Below, piece after piece: positions 54,098 to 64,000 of a DNA stretch of 64,000 nucleotides (position 1 is its first letter; every line of letters starts with the position of its first letter). The position numbers and the translations under genes were made by a program. Source of the DNA: Antedon mediterranea (lineage: Eukaryota; Animalia; Echinodermata). A model generated the notes under the pieces. It was given only the letters and a program-made list of their open reading frames with translations. It made no database searches and had not been told where the DNA came from. The stretch covers positions 19,419,237 through 19,483,236 of the forward strand of contig NC_092672.1 in assembly GCF_964355755.1 (NCBI RefSeq), read 5' to 3'.

Positions 54098-56525
54098 ATG
54101 GATCTCCATGGAAGGCTGGTTAACCTTTGTGCAAAAAATGGTCTTGAGGTAGGCAAGTTTACACTGTTTTAGGATAATAGCATTTATTTAGTATAATAGT
54201 ATTTATATTTAAGTGTGTATGTATTATTTTTCACTGTAAACTTGTTGCACATCTCATTGAGACTGTGCCTCTGATTTAAAAGAGATACAATAAAAGTTCA
54301 GTTCAGTTCAGCATTTAACCAGTAACAATTATAGCAACGCTATCACATTAACAACTTAATAAATTGTTCTATTAGCTTATGATATAGAATCAAAAGAGAA
54401 CTAAAACAAGTAACTAAATAAATTAAATAGTGACAACAAATTACAGTATTACAATGAACAAAATAATCACTGTAGTGCTTATATGCTGTTGGCTCATTTG
54501 ATGTGATTGTTTTGATTTATTTGACCAGCATAATACATCAACACATTAACATACAATACAACAAAGAGATGAAAAATGCTGGTCAGGGGCAGCTTAAGAA
54601 AAATACATTGCTGTAAATCAACAAGTCAGCTACCCCTCATATAAAATTAAATATTAAAAAAATAATTAAATACAAATTTTATTAAAATTGTTCTATAAAA
54701 ATATGTCTACAAAATTAATGTACAGTAAATACAAAATTTAAGACAAGAAGAAAAAAAACTTATTTATTTGGGCAATCTAATATTATTATAATGATAATAT
54801 TATAATATAATGGCTGTAATTTAATACAACATTGAATGTATGTTGTTGTCTATGTTTACTATAGTATATGTATTTTAATGAAAAATGTGATGAATGCATA
54901 TTGATTTGTATGTTTTATGTCATAGATTGCAAGAGAAAAAACTGCTGAAGAAATTTGCCATTTCATTGTTAGCAACAATGCTGTCAACATCAAAGATCAG
55001 GTATACATCAATTTGTTTTCCTTTGTAATGAATTTGATATACAACGTTAAATTACTTGACACTAATTAAAGTACATCAATACTAATTTGTTTTTAAGATC
55101 TTTTATAATTGTTCTCTGGTTGCATATTTGCAGTTAACATTCACACTGATTGTTAAAAGCATCATATTTTTTTTCCAACATAATTGTTTCACTTCTTTCT
55201 TCTTCAGTTTTTAGTTTTAAAATGTATATTGTGTGTTTATATCTTATCTTAGCTGTCTGTTAGATGGTTTGTCAATATAATTTAGTACATTAGTCTTTCA
55301 GTACAATTTGCTTAGACAATTTGATTGGCTAATACCGGATTTGAATAATGGCTTTGTAACTCAATCCCCTGTAATTGTAATTAATTTGAGAATCTGAATA
55401 ATGATATAATTATTCATCTGTTGGACAAACAACTAAACAAACTTTTATTAACATAGAGTAGTAGAAATATATACTTTTCATTTATTAAACTTTATCACTG
55501 AAAGAAAAATGCAAGGCACAAGGCAGCAAAAAAAAAGTGATGAACAGGTGGCAAGCATTACTATCCACATGAGACCCCTTATAAATAACAAAATATAAAA
55601 ACACAAACATTGGTTTCGATTAAATAAAATAAAAATAAAAATAATAAAAATAAAAATAGCTGAAATGATTCTATTTTCAGTTTCATATACATTGCTGATA
55701 TAGCATACACCTCAATCATCAAATTTTTTAAAGTTAAATGGTATTATAGTCAGTATGTTTTTATAAATTGATAACGTTCAATAGAATACTCATAACACAT
55801 TTCATAGCATAAACTTCTTTTGAATATTTAACTGTATTTTAGTATTAGGCAGTTTAGATAACAGCACTAACAATTGTTGATATAAGTTAAAAACAAAAAA
55901 AAATGTACATTTAAAAAAAATAAGTTGTGAATATGAATCACGTCTATCATCAACCTTCATGTTGATTCCTTTGCTCTTTATAATTTGATATTTCTAGATT
56001 AAAATAAATGATATATCTATGCTGAAATGAAGGGTTGTGAGGATTACCCGGTACTTTTGATAGAAGGGCTGAAATGAAAGGTTGTGAGGATTACCCGGTA
56101 CTTTTGATAGAAGGGCTGAAATGAAAGGTTGTAAGGATTACCCGGTACTTTTGATAGAAGGGCTGAAACCATAATAATATTATGACAAAATATGTAATTA
56201 CATATACACACACATTTTATACATATTGTTGGTGGTACTGTATATTAATTGCTCTGTATTTTTTTAAGATCCTAGGTTGTTTAAATTTAACCAATCAGCA
56301 TATCATAGTTAAAATTATTTGAGTTGCTCCTATAGCCTTGTGTTAAATGTTAGTTGAAACCATTGTTATAATTGGAAATCTTTTGGTTTAGGAACCAAAT
56401 CCAAGCCTATTAAATTATTAAATTAGTAAAAGGCCACATAACAAAACAAAACTTGTTTTTCGTCCCCTTCCCTCCTAGATTTTTGGCTTTTCTCTTGTGT
56501 ATTTTTTTTTTTTTGGTGTTATGAG

Positions 56526-56564
<39 letters not shown>

Positions 56565-59500
56565 TTTAATTGAAGCTTAACATTATTGTGATTATAATCA
56601 AGAAATTGCACTAACTTTTCCTATTTCTACATCCTAAACTACTTTTTTATTTTCTCCTTTATCTATTATACGATATCAACAGCATTACACACGTACATTG
56701 TAATGCGAGCATTTTCATTCTATACGCACGCACTTTTATCGAACATAATTTAAACCAAATCATACATACGATAAGACATTAACCGATTCCGTTTAAAACC
56801 AGTTTAAGGTCAACATTTTAAATTTAAATTAATTTATGTTTCTATCCACTCTACCATTTTCATATAAAGATATTGTGGAACCACGTCAGGTCAAGTTCAA
56901 TATTGAATATCGAAACGTGGCAGGCTGAAGGCGCTTGACCTTTGACAAGATCACCTAAAATTTATAAATTTAAACTTTAAAAATACATATAAAAATTAAA
57001 ATAATATTTAACGCATAACATACAGTCTAGGATAATTAATTGATATACAAAATCATTACACCCAACTACTATCTTCATCACCTTATGCGGAACATCATTT
57101 GTATAATAGAACAAATCACACATCTACACATAATCAAACATCGTATACTCTATCCCTACTCCACATCCCTACTCTATCAGACACTATTGCAACATGAAAA
57201 TAAGTATGATGGTTTATGTGAAATAGTACAACACACACTATTATTCAGCTCTATACTAAATTGATTTTAAATATAATATATAAAAAAGTCCTACATTATC
57301 ATTCATGCTTATATTAACAAATATTGCCTATTTTTCTCTCTTTCTTTTAAAAATAGATTACTTTTTAAAGGCACATAATTTAACTCATCAGCTTTTGTAT
57401 TTTTGTTATATGAAAGAACAGATTTCACACAGCAGTTTGAAACGGTGGGCCCATACAAACAATTCAATTGTCCACTTATAAAATGTACCATAACATTAAC
57501 AAATTGATAAAACCTAACCACTTTTAAATAAAACAGCCTAAAACATGGTAGAACACTGGAGGCCTTTTGCCACCCCTCCACCACCAGTTCCTGAGGCTGT
57601 TGTTCAAACTTTGTCACAAACCCCTTTTCCACCTCCCTATTTTTCAAGGCTGGATCCGCCTCTGGGATTTTTTAACAATTTTGTTGATATGATCATCCCA
57701 ACATAAGTCTGATGCTATTTTGACACCAAGTTTTTGTTTTCTCAAAGATACAACCATTCATCTGATCAAAATATGTGATGAAATGTTTAGAACGTGATAT
57801 GGAAATAATTTGAAAATTAATTTCCCATGTTACTCCATTGAATAAGAACATCTATGTCCATCTGAGGCAAATGACAGTCATCAATGGTAATGATTGACTT
57901 GTAACATTTTCCCTATTTAAAATATACGTCATGAACCAATCATGCAAATGAATTTAGACACAAACTACTTGTGGTAGTTATCAACATGTTGACCCTATCA
58001 GCTCAAGCTCTGTGTTGTATACACAAGGATGTCACCAGCATGTCATGAGTGGTGGTCAGCGACCCTCCCCCCCCCAAAAAAGGGCTTCACAATAAGGTCG
58101 AAAAAATGCATTTCGTAGACAACCCTACAATGTTTTTTGTGAGGTAACAAGTGTGCAAAATTAATGAGTCAATTTTAACTGACGGAGGACCAAGTTGTAA
58201 ATTACTCTGAAGCATTTATTATTTATCGTAATCGTTTTCTTCGGGGTGTTTTTTATCTACTCGACTGACGGCGAATTTATAAATAAATTGAAATTTCCCA
58301 CGGTAGATACATGATGGCACCACACGGTGAACCACAATGAACTAGTAGTAGTAAATAGGCTTAGGCCAACTTCTAAAAATAAAACGTCCAGTCGAACCAG
58401 AAACAATGCCGACAACAAAAGATCGTTAACATTCTAAATATAGTTATCGGAACGTTGATCGTGCACAAACCTAGAATTTTTGTTTTTCATATTACGGCAA
58501 GCCTGCAAAAACGCGACAAAGATCGTTTACCTAGATTTTGTGTCTCATAACAAGAGATGAAACGTGATACTCTCTCTCCAAATTAACAGTACCCATACGT
58601 ATAGCACATGTTTTTTTCACTCAAAATTAATTATGGTCGGGGTTAGCTACAGAATACTAGGGCCATTTTCTTTACACAGTGACATGTCGTAATAATTGGG
58701 CCTAGGCCTATGTTAAATCTTAACATGGAAATATAGATTTTGCATATATTTTTTTATGTTTTACGTCGGTGTATTTATAATTCGCTAAGCCAAGGTAGGA
58801 TTAAATAATTTAGCGTAAGCCTAGGCCGCCAAAACTAGACTCCACTCTGATGTCGATTCGGCGCACCATGTCGTCTTGTCCGGCTAAATTAGGCTAACCA
58901 CTAAAATGTGTCGTCTCCTACTAGGTCTAGCCTAGGTAGGATTTTTTAGTGAACAGTACATTGTTAATTTGCATTGTCTATGCGTTTTCTAAAAAGGCTT
59001 ATACAATTTAGTCAGGTTGCTTAGCACCTTTTTTGTACACTTTGTGACAAAAGCACCAAACTTGGCAGAAACCTTCTTTAGGACCTAACAATTCTAGAAG
59101 GGGTGCCCAAAAATTCGAACAATTTAATAACGTCATTTTGACCATGCCCTTTTTTAATATATTATGTAGCTATGTAAAAATATTTAAAAAATATAAATTA
59201 CATAAATATGTCAAGTTTGGTATCAAATCATAGCTTATGACATGTAAAATACCTCTAACATGAGGAAAATATAGTTTCACAATATGACGTCATAAAAGCC
59301 ACACCCAATATACTGTATACATAACTTCGTGAAAAAATTAAAGAAATAAATAAATATGGCAAGTTTAGTATCAAATTATAGCTTAATAGATGTACAATAC
59401 CACTTACATGAGGAAAATATAATTTCACAATATAATGACGTCATAAAAGCCACACCCATTATATACTACTTAACTTTGTGAAAAAATTAAAGAAATAAAT

Positions 59501-62128
59501 AAATATGGCATGTTTGGTATTAAATTATAGCTTATGGCATGTACAATACCACTAACTATGAGAAAAATATAATTTCACAATATAATGACGTTATCAAAGA
59601 CACAGCCATTATATATTACAAACTTCGTGGGAAAATTTAAGAAATCAAATTAATATGGCATGTTTGGTATTAAATTAAAGCTGACATGTACAAAACCACG
59701 GAACTATATAAAATATAATTTGAACAATATAATGATGCCATTACTAAAGCCACACCCATTATATAATATTACATAACTTTCAAAATTTTGAACTACTGTA
59801 GATCATTATAAAGCTCTGTCTACCACTATCAAACTGTATGCGAGAAATAAATGCGATGTGCACATGGTGATGATGATATTTGGGCATAGAGCACACTTTT
59901 TTTGTCAAACTTATGTAGTGATAGTGTAGACATAGCTTAAGATTGAGCAACATGACAGAAAGATAAACCGCAACAGGCACAGAACATGAGTTTTAAACTG
60001 CCCGGTGATATGCTGAAATTTGATTAATTAATTTGAAACAATAAAGATGAGGAAACATAAGAATATTTTAATTACAAATAAATTGATTGATATTTAGTCC
60101 TTATGACACTCAAATCTTAAAATATTAAACATTAATCCTCTCAACATTTTAAAAATTCTATAAAAATGATATTTAATATAATGTTGTTTTACTCTTACTT
60201 TGTTCTATATTTATTATTTGTACTGCATGTTTGTGTCTCTGTTGTGTTTGAAATTTAGTTTTGAAATAAATGAGAAACCCTTTCAGATTCTGAAATATTT
60301 AAAGTTATTGGTGAACTCTACACATCAGTAGGCACATTGTAAATAAACTATAGAAATTGATACCAAGAACTATGTTTATCCTCTTTCTTTTAGAGATTCA
60401 AGAGGGATTTTGTGGATTTTATTTATTTATTTTTATTTTATGTCTTTAGGCAATGTGGCCAAGGATTACCAATAGTGAATTAATCACTGTCCTATCAGAT
60501 AGGTGGTAATCCCCCTGATACAGGGGCTATTGTGTGAACCAGTTCACCGGGGTAACTCCCTACTCTTTTTCGAATAATGAACTGGGTTCTTTAAAGTACA
60601 CACAGGTTATAACTGTGTACACTGGACCTACGGTTTATAGTCCTTATCCGAGAAGACTTGTTCCACCACCAGAACTAGGAGCGAGTCGGCCTCGAACCCT
60701 TGCCGATGTTGTTGTTGGCTCTTTAGGTACGGTAAACGGCGTCCCTGCCTTAACCGCTCGGCCATATGATATGGATTCATTTATTTCAAGATGGATGTTC
60801 TCAATAATCAACCTTATGGTATAATTTTATAAATGTTTTAGCACTGTGAGTGTGAGAGTGATAATAAACAAACCTAGTTCACAAAAAAAAATGTGTATAA
60901 CTATAATAATCTTATTTAATTTTGAATGAAATAGATTAGGGTTATGACTGGTAGATGGTATACATTACAATTCATAATAATTGTGATAATATAATTAAGA
61001 CACACTAGTATCACTATATGCACTAATACATAGTAAACTGGTTCAACAAATTAAACTTGTATAAATGATGGCAAATAATCACAATAAACTAAGCTTAAAA
61101 AATGATTGCTCATTTAACTGGCACATAATTAGTATGTTATGTTCAGGCCTAATTTGTCTTAATTTATGATGATAACATACTGTCTTATCATTTCATAGAT
61201 TCTAAATGTATATCAAAGCAATGCTGAAAATTAGTATATACAATGTTTGTTATAAAGACATTAAGTTTTAATTGATTAATTTTATTGATTTAACAATTTT
61301 ATTAGATTTATATTTTTTACACGACAAAATAATATGAAAGAAAATATATACTAAATAATTCTGAATAAAAGGAGAGGTTATGATTACATTGTCAACAATT
61401 GTGATGTACAAAATAGAAATGCCTTACACACAAAACACAAACTAATACAGTAGGCCTAAATGATTATAAACAAGCTATTACAAGTTGGAGTGGTGTAATT
61501 GAATACACACACATAATGCCTACCACAAACACACACTAATAAACAGTAGGCCTAAATCATGGAGATATCTCCATGCCTAAATGATTATCAACAAGTATGC
61601 CTATTACAAGTTGGAGTGGTGCAATTGAATAGTGAAAACCTGTCTTATTAATAACAGCTACAACACAATTTGAAATTTAAAATAAATGTTATAGTTTTAT
61701 ACTATAATTACACTTAATAATCCTATAAAGAAAATTGTTTAAAACATGTAGGATAGCTTTTCTTTACACAATAGTTTGCATTCAATCCAACTATTTGAAA
61801 ATAAAATTTATCATATAGATGATATAGATAGTATAATAATAATACATTTTACAATGCTTTGTGGAAATAAAAATCATTTAAAGTTGATTGTTGTCAATAT
61901 TGAAAAAAATATTAACTTTTATTAAATTAAGGATATTTATAAGATTATTAGTCATTTTTTTTTGTTAGATATTAAGGAATATGATGTACATGTTTTGTAA
62001 CCTTATTTATTATTTAATATTTTCAATAGGATGGCGATACAGCATTAATGTGTGCTGCTCTAGCAGGTAATACAACCATCTGCCAACTGGTCTTAGATGG
62101 TGGAGCTGATGTCAATATGCAGAATAAT
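54098..62128 (+). CDS. Gene C, N-terminal ankyrin-repeat protein, 3'-partial
   Basis: Phase-0 exons 54098-54148 (MDLHGRLVNLCAKNGLE; acceptor at 54084-54085), 54926-55000 (IAREKTAEEICHFIVSNNAVNIKDQ) and 62030-62128 (DGDTALMCAALAGNTTICQLVLDGGADVNMQNN, a canonical 33-aa ankyrin repeat). Confidence 0.78.
56021..56168. repeat. 47-bp tandem repeat, 3 copies
   Basis: GCTGAAATGAAAGGTTGTGAGGATTACCCGGTACTTTTGATAGAAGG. Confidence 0.92.
59200..59780. repeat. About 149-bp diverged tandem repeat, 4 copies (probably internal to a DNA transposon)
   Basis: Recurring AAATATGGCAAGTTTGGTATCAAATTATAGCTTA...GACGTCATAAAAGCCACACCCA. Confidence 0.85.
60418..60766 (-). mobile_element. tRNA-headed SINE with a Deu/Nin-like conserved core
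   Basis: Minus strand A box TGGCCGAGCGGTTAAGG, B box GGTTCGAGGCC, core CGGATAAGGACTATAAACCGTAGGTCC...TAAAGAACCC...TTCGAAAAAGAGTAGGG..CCCCGGTG, (TAAA)n tail. Confidence 0.75.
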
Positions 62129-62720
62129 GTAAGTCATACACACAGTTTATAACATTAATTTAAACCTTCAGTGAAATAAATCAATAAATTGAAACTATTG
62201 TTTTTAGAATTTAGATGCTACCACCACTATAAGACTTTAGGAAAATCATATATAATATCTCTATGGGAAGATTAATTTAGTTGACAATACACTACTGTAG
62301 TATCCATGTTATTATACTATTGTAGTTATGTTATAATAATACCAATTCTCATAACAAACATATTTTAAATATATCTTGTACATTCTTAAAATGAATAGAA
62401 TAACACAATACTGGTGTGTATATATAGGTCAATAAAGAAATGATGAATATTATAAGTTATAAACACATGCGTAATAACTTATTTTCTTCTTTTTTTACAA
62501 ATTCTCATACTATTCTGTTTAAATTTGCAATCAAATTTTTTTATTAAGAACATGTATACTTCAAGTTACTTGTTTACACACTGTTATACCATAACATTAA
62601 TATGTGTATTCAATAATATACACATTTATTTTCCATAATTCATTGCCGAATGCTGCTTTAGAAATAAAGTGTGAAATGAATTTTACACCACAGTTTTTAA
62701 ATATTTTTGCTATTGATTAT

Positions 62721-62903
62721 TAATTCCCAGGGTGCTAATTTTAGTTGACTACATAAATCATCGTGTCTATTTATTCGTTTCTGTAAATGACAATGTATTG
62801 TAGTCCTGTGGTACGTACATTTGAAATCGCCAGTTTTGTTACGCTGAAATTACTGTGTATTCGAGAACCATCTGTGGGCACGATTCGCTCGCGTACCATC
62901 TAG
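62721..62903 (+). mobile_element. 3' fragment of the Helitron family at 874-3584
   Basis: Near-identical to 1963-2125; ends CTAG then T with a rearranged hairpin. Confidence 0.85.
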
Positions 62904-63011
62904 TAAAGTAAATTAAAATTGCATTTTCTCGAACTACTTGTCCAAAAAACTTCATTTTTGTACAAGAGTCAAGAGTTATTATTTGTGATTTAAAAACATA
63001 ATTAGATTTAA

Positions 63012-63637
63012 AGACCCCTTCCCTGCAATTTTGGACGTTTTTTGGAAAATAATACATATATATCACTTTAAAAACATTAAACCATGTCATTCCTTGTCTT
63101 AAATGTACGTTTTATGGTAAATTATGATAAAAAGTGAGAAACAATGCACTACCTAAGTAGCTCGCGGCGATCGACCTCTCGTGGACGGTCTCAGGCCTAG
63201 CCTAGCTAGGCTTAGTTTTGTAGGCCTAGCTGGTAAACATCGGTAACGTACGAACATCGTACGCTAGCTATATACCTAGCCTGACGTTGTATAGTTGCTG
63301 CATTAATTGTCTTTCTATTTTTGCCAGACTCCGTTGATACAAATTGGGGAACACCCGGTATTTTCGCTGAAAAGTTAGGAGTCTTCCATTTGTTTTGGCT
63401 TCACGATCGATCGAAAAGTGGGCGAATTACAGGTGAAAAACAAAAATATCAATCCGCGCGCAATGCATTTTGGGATTTATAGCGGGCCGCTATAATTATT
63501 AAAATCGATTTATTTTTCACATTTTTAACCGTTTAAAGACGAAAAAAGTTATCGCAATAGGACCATATAGTATTATTTTTACATTAAATATAGTTTGTGA
63601 TCTTAAATTAGATCTAAAAAACGTAGGGAATGGGGCT
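63012..63637. mobile_element. Kolobok-like non-autonomous element, second full copy
   Basis: TTAA flanks; highly similar to 25944-26546 along its whole length. Confidence 0.85.
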
Positions 63638-64000
63638 TTAATATACAGGTTTTTTGATGCGAGTAGTTGAAAAGGCTTATTTCTTTTCAAATTCACCCGT
63701 GTGTTTTTCGCGTTGCTGTTCTATTGTTAGTCAACTGAAGCTATTGTTAATTGAAAGGCGGGTTACATAACCTTTACACCAAACTCGCATACACATGCTT
63801 GTAGTGAAATTAGCCTAAATCACACACAGCATTATAAGACACACACTTTCCGGTGACTAAATCTGATGTAGAAGAATTTTACAGTAGGCGGAGGTATGCA
63901 CTCTCGGAGTGTCTTCCTAGTTGTTTATGTGCATACTGTAGTAGGCTACATAATAAGCAGCTCTTAGCACGATCAATTGATTGTCTACAAGATTCCAATT

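Overview
AT-rich, intron-containing animal genomic DNA (marine-invertebrate-like; echinoderm is a guess from gene and repeat style, not proven). Reading splice sites by hand gives a tandem cluster on the + strand. Paralog A (104-10595, 5' end outside the window) is a ROCO-type Roc-COR gene, followed by a phase-compatible exon encoding two death-effector-like domains (14184-14738). Paralog B (29354-36136) has a Roc fragment, COR and three death domains, each on its own phase-1 exon. All of B's visible exons are open, but I found no P-loop, switch-I or G4 exon for it, and a 57-bp minisatellite occupies the G4 position. Gene C (ATG 54098) starts an ankyrin-repeat protein and may be the next paralog. 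The best candidate for an undescribed system is therefore a diversifying Roc-COR signalling cluster with exchangeable death-fold outputs. The rest is dense in mobile DNA: a Helitron dimer, Helentron/DINE-like elements, hAT, Harbinger, Mutator-like and Kolobok-like elements, LINE and Penelope fragments, SINEs, satellites, and four tiny inserts with 7-bp duplications that resemble P-element excision footprints. Exon models are manual and lack transcript support.
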